From a virus: a stretch of 43,973 nucleotides of DNA. The position numbers and the translations under genes are program-made. This document shows positions 26,593-35,216 of this stretch, piece by piece. The notes beneath the pieces are model-generated. The model was given only the letters and a program-made list of their open reading frames with translations. It was not told the origin of the DNA and did not search any database. The stretch lies in IMG/VR virus record IMGVR_UViG_3300028898_000020. One strand, 5' to 3'. Each line of letters opens with the position of its first letter. Within the stretch, counting starts at the first letter, position 1.

Positions 26593-27069
26593 TCAACCTC
26601 CTGCCAGTTTTGCGAGATAGGTGCGTGCCTCGCCGGCCCGCGCTTCGAGTTCGGCCACTTCGGCCGTGAGGGCGTTGTACTGGGCGGCGCTCGCCGCGAA
26701 CAGCTCGTCCCGCTTGGCGCGCTCGGCGGTGATCCATTCGCTGGTCTCCTGACGCAGCAGGTTGGCCTGCTCGGTGGCGCGCTCGAGCACGCCCGCGGCC
26801 TCGTCCTGCGCATCGCGCAGCACCCGCTTGGCCTCGTCCTGCACGCTGGCCGCGCTGTCGATGGCAGCGGCCAGCTGCTCGCGCGCTGCTACCACCTCGG
26901 CTTGCTCGGCCAGGATCTGTTCCTGCAGCCGGGCCAGCGCGGCCTCGGCCTCGGCCTGGGCCTGCTGCAGACCGCCCACCTTGTCGAAGGCATCGGCCAC
27001 TTCCTGCACCGCTGCGAAGCCGCGCAGCAGTCGGCGCGCGTCGTCGGCGGCTTTCAAGTACTCGTTCAT
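26593..27069 (-). CDS. Coiled-coil protein
   Basis: 158 aa, Ala/Glu/Gln-rich with heptad character. Confidence 0.55.
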   Translation of the reverse strand: MNEYLKAADDARRLLRGFAAVQEVADAFDKVGGLQQAQAEAEAALARLQEQILAEQAEVVAAREQLAAAIDSAASVQDEAKRVLRDAQDEAAGVLERATEQANLLRQETSEWITAERAKRDELFAASAAQYNALTAEVAELEARAGEARTYLAKLAGG

Positions 27070-27073
27070 GGGG

Positions 27074-27418
27074 TTACTCCTTCAAAAGCAGGATCAAGGC
27101 CAGGCTGGTGGAGCCATCGCCCGCCAGCACGCGGGGCCGCACAAAGGCCGTGGCCTCGGCGACCATCTCGATCTTGGCTGTCGAGAAGTTCAGCGGGTTG
27201 CCTTGCGGATCGGTCAGCACGGACCAGTCGGCGCCGTTGTTGCTGCCCTCCAGGGCAACCACGCCGCCGACGCCAAAGTCGCCCACCACCTGGGCGCTCT
27301 TGTCGGTGTACTGTGAGAACGCGATGGGCTCGCCCGTGTCGCCGTTGAGCAGGCCCGGCCAGGTCAGGACAAAGGCCCGGGTGTTGCCGGTGGCGGTTTT
27401 GGTGGGTTGAATGATCAT
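27074..27418 (-). CDS. Hypothetical beta-sandwich-like protein
   Basis: 114 aa, directly downstream of the portal gene. Confidence 0.55.
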   Translation of the reverse strand: MIIQPTKTATGNTRAFVLTWPGLLNGDTGEPIAFSQYTDKSAQVVGDFGVGGVVALEGSNNGADWSVLTDPQGNPLNFSTAKIEMVAEATAFVRPRVLAGDGSTSLALILLLKE

Positions 27419-27427
27419 GGTCGGTCC

Positions 27428-29095
27428 TTACGAGGTGTAGCCGGAAAAGTTTTGAATCACGTCACTGGCCGCGTTGCCGCTGGGTGTTGCCACCGTGCCC
27501 AACTTCTGCGCCGCGCTTGCGGCCTGCTCGGCTTGCGCCACCCGGGCGGCCTGGGCCTGCTGTTTGGCGCGCGCATTGCGCACCAGGGCCACCTTGTCGT
27601 TGGCCACGATCAGCTCAGGGTCGACGCCCAGCATGTCGCTGTATTTGTCGACCCACACGTCGCCGTCGAACTTGTCGAGCACGTCGGGCTTGAACGTGGC
27701 CACCTGGCCGAGGTTGCCGACGAAGCGGTCCACGCTGTTGGTGGCGATGGCGCGCTGGGCCTGGGCCAGCATGGAGACGAACTCCACATTCAGATCCATG
27801 CCCTGCAGCTCGGGCGGTGGTGGCGGCACGATGCCGGCGGCCAGCATGTGCTCGAACGTGCCCTCGATCAGCGGGTCCAGCATCTCGGAGTGCAAGCGCT
27901 CCAACACCGGGCCCAGCATCAGCAGCTTTTCCTCGTGCCGTTCGGCGACTTCGGTGGCCGTCATTTGCGGGTTGGTGCTGTTGGCCAGCATCAGGAACAA
28001 GTCGGCACTGAACGCACCGCGGATGCGCTCGCGCACGTCCTGGATGTCTACCAGCAGGTGGGATAGGTCGAGCTGCACCTCGAATGCCGTTTTAAGCCCG
28101 GCCGACGGCCCCGTCATGTCCACATAGCTGATACCGCCAGGCAGCACATCGACCTCACGGCCCTTCATGCTGGTGGGCGCCTGCAGGGGTGGCTTGGTCT
28201 GGTAGTCGATGCCCTGGGCCTTGCGCAGCTGCTCGTGCTGCAGCTGCTTGATGTCGCCCAGCGCATCCATGCCCGGGCTGTTGCCGTACACATCGCCGCC
28301 CGAGGTGGCCCAGCGCGCAGCCAGCGCAGGGAAGCGACGAAAGCCGCCTTCGCTCAGGTACTTGCCCTTCTCGCCACTGAGCTCGAAGTAAACCGACTTC
28401 CAGGCCATGTTCCGACTGTCGCGCTTGGTCGAGTCGCGATCCGCGCGCGGCTCGATGGCGTGCACCAGAGTGATCCACACGTCCAGATTGCCCCGGTTGA
28501 ACTGCTGGCGCACGGTCTCGCTACAGCTCCCCGGGCCGAACTCGCCGACGATCTCGCCGACGGTCTTCTGGAATTCGCGGTACAGCGTGACCACCTCGCC
28601 TTTCCAGTTCGTCGCCAGGCAGTACTCGCCGGCGGTCAGCGGGTATTGGTGGATCACGTTTTTGTAATCCGGCATCAGGATGGACGACATCGTGCCGAAG
28701 GCGCCCAGCTCCTCGTAGCCCGAGTGCAGCGCGCGGTAGGTGTTGCCCTTGCCGAAGATGTCGAGCATCAACCGGGTGACCTGGGCCAGCCACAGCTTGA
28801 CCGCCGGGCTTTTGTTCAGATCCGCGTCGGGCGTGGCCAGACGAAACCACGGCCGTGCCGGGCTGGTCATGCCGGCCATCATGCCGGCGGCCAGCACGCG
28901 CAGCGCTTTGGTGCCGGTGTTGTCGTTGATGCTGTTGTGCCGCTTGTCGCCCCGGTTGCGATCCTGCACGAAGAAGCGCCCCGAGCGCGGCAGGACGTAT
29001 TGGCTGATCTCGGTCCAGTGCGCCATCCAGCTGGAACGCTCGTTCTTGAGCATTCCCCATCGGGCGTACAGACGATCGCGGGGCGTGTCGGCCAT
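27428..29095 (-). CDS. Portal (head-to-tail connector) protein
   Basis: 555 aa. The N-terminus RLYARWGMLKNERSSWMAHWTEISQYVLPRSGRFF is typical of T7 gp8-type connectors; the gene lies downstream of terL. Confidence 0.85.
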   Translation of the reverse strand: MADTPRDRLYARWGMLKNERSSWMAHWTEISQYVLPRSGRFFVQDRNRGDKRHNSINDNTGTKALRVLAAGMMAGMTSPARPWFRLATPDADLNKSPAVKLWLAQVTRLMLDIFGKGNTYRALHSGYEELGAFGTMSSILMPDYKNVIHQYPLTAGEYCLATNWKGEVVTLYREFQKTVGEIVGEFGPGSCSETVRQQFNRGNLDVWITLVHAIEPRADRDSTKRDSRNMAWKSVYFELSGEKGKYLSEGGFRRFPALAARWATSGGDVYGNSPGMDALGDIKQLQHEQLRKAQGIDYQTKPPLQAPTSMKGREVDVLPGGISYVDMTGPSAGLKTAFEVQLDLSHLLVDIQDVRERIRGAFSADLFLMLANSTNPQMTATEVAERHEEKLLMLGPVLERLHSEMLDPLIEGTFEHMLAAGIVPPPPPELQGMDLNVEFVSMLAQAQRAIATNSVDRFVGNLGQVATFKPDVLDKFDGDVWVDKYSDMLGVDPELIVANDKVALVRNARAKQQAQAARVAQAEQAASAAQKLGTVATPSGNAASDVIQNFSGYTS

Positions 29096-29454
29096 CAGCC
29101 CCCCAGCAGCGTGGTCTTGCCCAGCAGCAGGGCCTTGGGATCAACGCCTTGCGGGCCGGTCAGCAGCGTGCCGCCCACCCCGCCCTTGGCGGCCTGCTCG
29201 GCCGAGGACTGCATGGCGCCGATGTCAGCGGTGCGGGCGTTGGCCTTGTTGTTGGCCTGGTCGGCGGCATCCGCCTGGGCTTTGGCCGCTGCCGTTGCCT
29301 GCGCGGTGGCCTTGTTCTGGGCGCTGGCCGCCTTGTTCGCGCTGTAGGCCTGCGCCGCCACACTGGCCGCGCCGACATACGCCATGGTGCCCACGGCAGC
29401 GGCCGAGCTGGCCGAGGCGCCGAGCATCATGCCAATGGTTGCAGGTTCGCACAT
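29095..29454 (-). CDS. Small Ala-rich virion protein
   Basis: 119 aa. N-terminus MCEPATIGMMLGASASS; C-terminal TLLTGPQGV..LLGKTTLLGG. 49 nt downstream of motif copy 2. Confidence 0.6.
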   Translation of the reverse strand: MCEPATIGMMLGASASSAAAVGTMAYVGAASVAAQAYSANKAASAQNKATAQATAAAKAQADAADQANNKANARTADIGAMQSSAEQAAKGGVGGTLLTGPQGVDPKALLLGKTTLLGG

Positions 29455-29456
29455 GG

Positions 29457-31067
29457 TCAGCCCTTCATTGATTCGTAGGGGTCATATTCCCGCCTCTTGA
29501 CCGGGTTACGTGCACCGGGTTGGCGGTCGGCCGGCACGTGCTCGGGCACGGGGTAGGCAAAGGTCAGGGCCAGCGCATCGCCATCGTCGGGGCTGGCCAG
29601 GCCGCGCGCCTTCATGTGCTCCTTGCTCTCAAGCTGGATCTGGTCGGTCAGGGTGAACTGGTACTCCACGCTGGTCAGGTCGATGGCCAGCGTTTCATCC
29701 TTGGGCAAGCTGCCTATGGCCAGCCACTCCTTGACCCGGCCCCACATCTCGGCGCGCTTGTTTTTGTACTTGCCCGGGTCATCGGGCTTGCCGCCGAACT
29801 GCACCTCGATCACCTCGCGGTCCATCTGGCGCAAGCGATCCACTACGCCGCCCCCGACGCCACCGCCGTCGACAAACACCACGGGGTGCAGGCCCAGCCC
29901 GCGCAGGTAGTCCATGTGCTCGGCTACCCGACTGGCCAGCTGCATCGTGTCGAGCTCGCGGAACCGCTTTACCGGTATGGTTGTGCCGTCGCGGCCGATG
30001 CGCGTGCGAATCACGCTCTGGTCATCCCCGAAGCGCGCCACATCAACACCCACCGCACAGGTACGGCCAACCAGCTGCAGCTCATTGGCCGGTCGCGCCA
30101 TGGCCTGGTCGACCAGGTCGCGGGCAATGAGCTGCAGGCTCGACGCGCTGGGGAACACCCCGCGCACGCGCACCTTGACGAAATCGCTGCCCTCGCCGTA
30201 GTCCTTCACCCACTCGGCCAGCAAGGCCTTGTTGGTTATGGCCACACTGCGACTGTCGATGTGCTGGCCGTGCCAGCGATGGCGCTGGGCGCCGAAGCAA
30301 TCGGCAAACGCCCCGGTGTTGCGCGTGGGGTTCCCAAAGGCAAACCACATCGGCTCACCGTCGGTCATACCGCCCTTGGACACTTCCCAGATCTTGTTGG
30401 GCACGCCCGAGGCCTCGTCGAAAATGTAAAAACTGGTGCTGTTCACCGCGTGCTGCCCGGCGAAGGCCTCGCTGTTCTCCTCGCGGCAGGTCTGGGCCGC
30501 ACAGAACCACGATTCACGGTGCTGCTTGTGCACCATGCGCATAGCGCCCTTGCCGGTGGTGATGTCGAACCAGTGGCCGGTGATGCTGCGCTTGTTCCAC
30601 TTGGCAATCTCGGCCCACGTCTTGGAACTGAGCTGATCGCTGGTGGTGGCGGTCACGGTGCCGTGGGCATAGGGCCGGGTTGACATGATCCAGCCCACCA
30701 GCCACCCCACCATGGCCGATTTGCCGATACCGTGGCCAGAGCTGATGGCTTCCATGATGGCGGGCACCGGCGTGTGCCCGTCGAAGTCATGCTCCCGCAC
30801 TTGGCGGCCCAGATTGTCCAGAAACTCACAAGCCCAGGCATCAGGCCCGTACTCGCTGGGGTAAAGCAGATTCCAGGGGCTGGGCAGCTTGACCACCTGC
30901 AGCGCGGGGTCGGTATCCCACTGGTAGGCGTACAGCACCCACCCGAGCGGATCGGCGAAGAACTGGCCCATGTCCTGGGCCAGCATCAGCTCTGAATCAA
31001 CCTCGCCCACTGCGCTTTCGCGCCTCGATGATGGTCGTGGCCGAGTCGATGCTGCCGCTGTGCTCAA
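29457..31067 (-). CDS. terL: Terminase large subunit
   Basis: 536-aa ORF; an alternative ATG at 30986 would remove the 71-nt overlap with terS. Walker A-like GHGIGKSAMVGW, Walker B FYIFDEASGV, nuclease motifs AVGVDVARFGDD and VFVDGGGVG. Confidence 0.85.
   Translation of the reverse strand: MSTAAASTRPRPSSRRESAVGEVDSELMLAQDMGQFFADPLGWVLYAYQWDTDPALQVVKLPSPWNLLYPSEYGPDAWACEFLDNLGRQVREHDFDGHTPVPAIMEAISSGHGIGKSAMVGWLVGWIMSTRPYAHGTVTATTSDQLSSKTWAEIAKWNKRSITGHWFDITTGKGAMRMVHKQHRESWFCAAQTCREENSEAFAGQHAVNSTSFYIFDEASGVPNKIWEVSKGGMTDGEPMWFAFGNPTRNTGAFADCFGAQRHRWHGQHIDSRSVAITNKALLAEWVKDYGEGSDFVKVRVRGVFPSASSLQLIARDLVDQAMARPANELQLVGRTCAVGVDVARFGDDQSVIRTRIGRDGTTIPVKRFRELDTMQLASRVAEHMDYLRGLGLHPVVFVDGGGVGGGVVDRLRQMDREVIEVQFGGKPDDPGKYKNKRAEMWGRVKEWLAIGSLPKDETLAIDLTSVEYQFTLTDQIQLESKEHMKARGLASPDDGDALALTFAYPVPEHVPADRQPGARNPVKRREYDPYESMKG
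29484..29516 (-). promoter_or_regulatory. Late-operon motif copy 2 (GGTGCACGTAACC-N14-GAATAT), inside the terL 3' end
   Basis: Exact 13-mer at 29504-29516, hexamer at 29484-29489. Encodes ..GARNPV.. of TerL. Confidence 0.5.
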
Positions 31068-31428
31068 CGTGCTGGCGCTCGCCGTAGCGCTTCGGGTCCC
31101 ACTTGGCCAACAGCTTCAATCGGGTCTCGATGCGCAGCTTTGAGCGCTGGACGTGCTCGGGATCAAACGCAAGGCCCTTTTTGGTCTGCTTGTAGTCCTT
31201 CGTCGTGTCGTCCGCGATCACAAAGCAGTCGTCGGCGATAGCGTCATAGCCGATATTCCGCGCGTGCGCGATGCGTTGGGCGATGTCTTTGTCTGCATTG
31301 GCCCAGTCGTAGACCACGGTGCGCTCGGGCATGTGCACATCGCGGCAAATCTGGGCCAGCGGCTCCCCCTTACTCAAGCGGGCACAAATTTCGTCAACAA
31401 GGGCTTCGCGGTCTGCGTACATGCCCAC
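30997..31428 (-). CDS. terS: Terminase small subunit
   Basis: 143 aa (GTG 31428 or ATG 31422). HTH PLAQICRDVHMPERTVVYDW and RLKLLAKWDPKRYGER are typical of phage TerS. Confidence 0.75.
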   Translation of the reverse strand: MGMYADREALVDEICARLSKGEPLAQICRDVHMPERTVVYDWANADKDIAQRIAHARNIGYDAIADDCFVIADDTTKDYKQTKKGLAFDPEHVQRSKLRIETRLKLLAKWDPKRYGERQHVEHSGSIDSATTIIEARKRSGRG

Positions 31429-31429
31429 A

Positions 31430-31462
31430 AGGATGCGGCCGCCTCACCCGGTTACGTGCACC
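31430..31462 (-). promoter_or_regulatory. Late-operon motif copy 1 (GGTGCACGTAACC-N14-CATCCT), upstream of terS
   Basis: Exact 13-mer at 31450-31462, 4 nt after the stop of the HTH gene. Hexamer at 31430-31435, ending 7 nt before ATG 31422. Confidence 0.55.
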
Positions 31463-31466
31463 CCGA

Positions 31467-31697
31467 TCAACGCACCCTCCTCCAGCCCGTCGCCACCTGA
31501 GCCCGCCAACGGCCTTTGATGATGTACCGCACCAGCGACCGGCTGCACTCGAACTTCGCCGCCAGCCGCCGATAGCCCCAGCCCTCACCGTGCAGGGCCA
31601 GCATCAGCTCCACGTCGCAGTCGGTCAGTTTGGCGTTGTGATGGCTCTCTCCCACCCGGCGGCCCAGATCGTTCACACCGACGGTCCGCGCGATCAT
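31467..31697 (-). CDS. Small HTH DNA-binding protein (candidate late-gene regulator)
   Basis: 76 aa. HHNAKLTDCDVELMLALHGEGWGYRRLAAKFECSRSLVRYIIKGRW is a resolvase / sigma70-region-4-like HTH. First gene after the early/late junction. Confidence 0.6.
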   Translation of the reverse strand: MIARTVGVNDLGRRVGESHHNAKLTDCDVELMLALHGEGWGYRRLAAKFECSRSLVRYIIKGRWRAQVATGWRRVR

Positions 31698-31928
31698 GCC
31701 GCCGCCGCCTCTGCAAAATTTTGCACACTCACCGGGTCAACCTGAACGCGCAAAACTTTGCACATTCCCGGACATCGGACCCCGTCTCCACCGGACAGAC
31801 AAGCACGGGTTCCTAGACCCCCGTGCCTGTCCGTCCGGTTTTGGGGACTGCACAAACCGGACGGACAACCAGAAAATTGGTTACTTGTCTGCCTGTCCGG
31901 TTTTGGCGTGTAATTTTTTGCGTGCACT
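31698..31928 (-). promoter_or_regulatory. Structured early/late junction region
   Basis: Two ~22-nt direct repeats GCAAAA[T/C]TTTGCACA[C/T]TC..CCGG (31713-31735, 31750-31771), each holding a GCAAA-N2-TTTGC palindrome. Four CCGGAC[A/G]G boxes in alternating orientation. A perfect 14-bp stem (31828-31841 / 31854-31867) and an overlapping 12-bp stem (31798-31809 / 31820-31831). Confidence 0.6.
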
Positions 31929-33992
31929 TTATTGCTCAATCACAGATATGCAGCCGTCCTGCAGCACGTAATCGCTCTCCCCGTCGGCCACAAACTTGGC
32001 CAGCGCGCGCTTCGCGGCCCGCAAATTGTTCTCCCGTGAACCGCTTGGCGAGATGCGCAACACCTCCTCGATAACCGCCTTCTGCTCGATTCCGGCGGTC
32101 TGAACCGCCGCCATCTCGGCCAGAACCTGGGCCACCCGTGCCGCCCACATCCCGCTGTTCTTCTTGGCTCCTGGCCCGCCTTTCCTGGTGTCCGGCACCG
32201 CCGCCTCGACCACCGCGCACGATGTAATCTCGTCACCGTCTTCGTCCAGGTCGAGCACCACACGGGCCAGGCTGAACCCCCACTCCAGCCCGTCCTGGTC
32301 GTCCTTCTCCTTGGTGCTCTTGATCTTGCGGCCCTCGTCGGTCTTGGACACCTCCAGCTCGGCATCGCAAGCGGCCCGCAGCCCCGACCAGCCCCGGGCG
32401 CCCTTGCTGGCATCCTTGCCGGCGTGGTGCACCAGCAGCACCGCGGCACCGGTGGCCCGGTGGATACCCTTGCAGTGTTGCAGGGCCTTGCCCACGTCCT
32501 CGCCCGCGTTCTCGTTGGCGCCGGGCATGGTCTGGGCCAGGGTGTCGATGACCACCATCACCACCTTGCCACAGGCCTGGATCGCCTTGCACAGATCCAG
32601 CGCGTCGTCCTTGATCATGAGATTGGGCGCCGCGTTTACCACGAACAGACACTCGTCCAGGTCCGCTACCGCGATGCCTCGGGCCAGCGCGTAGGCCTTG
32701 AGCCGCTTGCGAAAGCCCGTCGCGCCCTCTGCCGCCACATAGACCACTCGGCCCTGCTTGACCTTGCGGCCGCGCCACTCCAGGCCCTGGGCGATTGCCG
32801 CCGCCAGATCCAGCGCTACAAAGGACTTGCCCGCGCCCGACTCCCCGTAAAGCACGATCAGCTCGGCCTTGGGTATCACCCCCTTGACCAACCAGGTGGG
32901 CGTCGCGCCGTGGGCGAACTGCCCCGCCGGCTGGGCTCCGAAGCGCAGGGCCTTGGACACCGCCGTGCGCTCGGCTTTTGGGGTTGGCAGGGTCTCGATC
33001 ACGTCGAAGTCGCTGACATCACCCTGCAGCTCAACCTGGGGGGCCGGCAGCGCCAGGTTCTCGAAGTCGGCTAGGCTGGCCACCGGGCTGCTCTTGGCCT
33101 TGCCCTTCTGGCAATGCTCCACCCAGAGGTACATCATCGCCCGGTCGTGATCCTGGCGCCGGTGGTCCAGCGCCACCTCGAACGCGAAAGGGCTCAGGGC
33201 CAGCAGGCTGAACACCTCGTCGTCGGCCAGGCCGGCGTTGTACAGGGCCACGCTGGCACCGAATAGCGCGCGGGACCGGTCGCCACCGTTGGCGCCGGTG
33301 GTCAGGAACTCCAGCACTGTGGCCGGCAACGGCAGGCCGTCCAGATCCGGCAGCACCAGCTCGTCGAGCAGATCGGGCATCTCCAGGCTGATGATGGTTG
33401 CGCTGGTCTTGGCCTTGGCGTAGCGCAGGCTCAGGGCTTCCAGCCGGGTGGCACCAGGCTCTGCCAGGCCCGGCACGCTTTGTGACAGTCGTCGCCCGGT
33501 GACGGTCAGGAACCGCGGCTCATGCCCGGCATAGACCTCGATGCCGCGCTCGTGGTTGGTCCAGTCCGCGCTGGTGCTGCCGTGGGCCAGAATGCGCAGG
33601 CCCCGGCCAGACGGCGACAGCTCGGTGTAACTGCCCATCTCGTTGATCACGTCCTGCGCCCAGGGCTCGATCACACCGTCGGCAACGCAGTTATCCAGGT
33701 CAATGCCCACCACATCGTGCGGCCCAGTCATGACGTAGCCCACTCCGGCGAAACGCTCGGGGTTGTCCTGGTAGGCCCTGAGCGCGGTCTCGTAGTCGAA
33801 CCAGCGCTCCGGCTTGGCCGTGCTCAGGCCGTAGAACGGCGGCTTGGCGCTGGCCGGGATCTTGTCGAACTTCTTGCGCTTCTCGTTCCACTGCGCGCGC
33901 CAGGGTGCCCAGCGGGCGTTGGCCTTGAGCGCGGCCGGGATGTTCTCGCCATTGAATGGCATCGGGGGGTTCTGCTCTTGGGGCATCATCAC
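31929..33992 (-). CDS. Bifunctional Prim-Pol primase / RecA-type replicative helicase
   Basis: 687 aa. N-terminal VGYVMTGPHDVVGIDLDNC and TELSPSGRGLRILAHG (Prim-Pol). Walker A GESGAGKSF, Walker B VVMVVIDTL. Confidence 0.85.
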   Translation of the reverse strand: MMMPQEQNPPMPFNGENIPAALKANARWAPWRAQWNEKRKKFDKIPASAKPPFYGLSTAKPERWFDYETALRAYQDNPERFAGVGYVMTGPHDVVGIDLDNCVADGVIEPWAQDVINEMGSYTELSPSGRGLRILAHGSTSADWTNHERGIEVYAGHEPRFLTVTGRRLSQSVPGLAEPGATRLEALSLRYAKAKTSATIISLEMPDLLDELVLPDLDGLPLPATVLEFLTTGANGGDRSRALFGASVALYNAGLADDEVFSLLALSPFAFEVALDHRRQDHDRAMMYLWVEHCQKGKAKSSPVASLADFENLALPAPQVELQGDVSDFDVIETLPTPKAERTAVSKALRFGAQPAGQFAHGATPTWLVKGVIPKAELIVLYGESGAGKSFVALDLAAAIAQGLEWRGRKVKQGRVVYVAAEGATGFRKRLKAYALARGIAVADLDECLFVVNAAPNLMIKDDALDLCKAIQACGKVVMVVIDTLAQTMPGANENAGEDVGKALQHCKGIHRATGAAVLLVHHAGKDASKGARGWSGLRAACDAELEVSKTDEGRKIKSTKEKDDQDGLEWGFSLARVVLDLDEDGDEITSCAVVEAAVPDTRKGGPGAKKNSGMWAARVAQVLAEMAAVQTAGIEQKAVIEEVLRISPSGSRENNLRAAKRALAKFVADGESDYVLQDGCISVIEQ

Positions 33993-33998
33993 CCAACC

Positions 33999-34304
33999 TC
34001 AACCGCGCAAGTGATGCCGGGTGATCGAAACGATGCCGTTGGCGTCGCCGGGCCGCGTGGTCGTGTCCGGCTCAGGCAGCGCCAGGGGCGTCGGCGCTGG
34101 ATTCAGGAAGCTGGACGAATCCTGGCCGGTTGCCCTGATGTATTCCACTTCGACGCGGGCGCTGTCCACCAGCACGCCAGCCACCTGGGCCACCGCGCGG
34201 GCGCGGTCGGGCTCCATGGGGTTCTCGCGGTTGCGCAGATCGGCCAGCGTGGCCAGCAGCTGCGTGCGCAGCTCGTTGATGTGGGGGGTTGGTGTTGTGC
34301 TCAT
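33999..34304 (-). CDS. Hypothetical protein
   Basis: 101 aa, coupled to its neighbours. Confidence 0.5.
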   Translation of the reverse strand: MSTTPTPHINELRTQLLATLADLRNRENPMEPDRARAVAQVAGVLVDSARVEVEYIRATGQDSSSFLNPAPTPLALPEPDTTTRPGDANGIVSITRHHLRG

Positions 34305-34972
34305 GTGCGCTCCTGGTGCTCGCGGTTGATGCGGTTGACTTGGCGGGTAATCGCGCCCTTAAGCTGGACCAGCTTGGCCAGCTCCGGGCTCTTGTTGCGT
34401 GGGTGGTTGCGCCGGGCGTGCTCGGCCCGGTCGATGCATTCGAGAATGTCGGCGGTGATGTCGGCCAGCACCGTGGTGCGCTTGCCCGGTTTGAACACCA
34501 CGATGTGCCCGGTCGGGATCGGGCCGTGCGCGGCTTCCCACACCAGACGGTGCACCGCGTGCCAGCGCAGATTGCTCGGTCCGGGCACGTCGGCCACCTT
34601 GAGGTCCAGATAGCCTTCGCCGTTGATGCGGTAGCTGCCCACCGGCACCCAGGTCTGCGGGCGGTTACCGGGTCTGAATTGGGTACGCTCCACGCCCGGG
34701 GCTGACCAGCCCTTGAGGCCCTTGTTCCAGGGTGTGAATCCCGGGGTGAACTGGTGTCGCACCATGCTAGGCGACGTGCGCCCACGCTGGATCCGGCTCG
34801 ACAAATCGCTGGCGTAGAACGCTGCGCTCTTGGTGATGCCGTAGCGCGCCGCTGTCTGGTGCACCGGCCCGACCGGGCGCCCCAGCAAGGCCGCCACGTC
34901 GGCGGCCGGCACGTCCGGGTACAGCTCGCGCAGCAAGGCCAGCTCGGTGGCGGACCACTTGCGCACGGTCAC
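34301..34972 (-). CDS. HNH_3/AP2-like DNA-binding protein (possibly catalytically degenerate HNH)
   Basis: 223 aa. GYLDLKV..WHAVHRLVWEAAHGPIPTGHIVVFK resembles the phage HNH_3 core, but canonical H-N-H residues are not evident. Confidence 0.5.
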   Translation of the reverse strand: MTVRKWSATELALLRELYPDVPAADVAALLGRPVGPVHQTAARYGITKSAAFYASDLSSRIQRGRTSPSMVRHQFTPGFTPWNKGLKGWSAPGVERTQFRPGNRPQTWVPVGSYRINGEGYLDLKVADVPGPSNLRWHAVHRLVWEAAHGPIPTGHIVVFKPGKRTTVLADITADILECIDRAEHARRNHPRNKSPELAKLVQLKGAITRQVNRINREHQERT

Positions 34973-35190
34973 GCCGGCACCTCGGCCGTGTATCGCTCCG
35001 GGTACAAGATCTGCATCTCGGTCACCTCGTGGCCGTAGTAGCGCGCCAGCCGCTCGGCCAGCTTGGGGCTGGCTTGCTGCTTGGCGTTTTCGATGCGCGA
35101 CAGATTGCCGGTGTTGGTCTCGACGGCCTGCGCCACCTCGGCCAGGGTGCCGTGGCGACGCAGACGGGTTTGTTTCAGCGGAGTGGTCAT
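34969..35190 (-). CDS. Cro-like XRE-family HTH regulator
   Basis: ATG 35190 with an AAGGA RBS spaced 8 nt upstream (ACCCCCAC lies between AAGGA and the ATG); the ORF track begins at GTG 35214. HTH GTLAEVAQAVETNTGNLSRIENAKQ. Divergent from the repressor gene. Confidence 0.75.
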   Translation of the reverse strand: MTTPLKQTRLRRHGTLAEVAQAVETNTGNLSRIENAKQQASPKLAERLARYYGHEVTEMQILYPERYTAEVPA

Positions 35191-35216
35191 GGTGGGGGTT
35201 TCCTTTGAGGCCACCT

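Noticed and set aside
31694-31939. 81-aa ORF spanning the early/late junction
   Set aside because: It has no RBS and poor coding character, and it exactly covers the repeat- and hairpin-rich non-coding region. The sequence is better explained as regulatory DNA/RNA.
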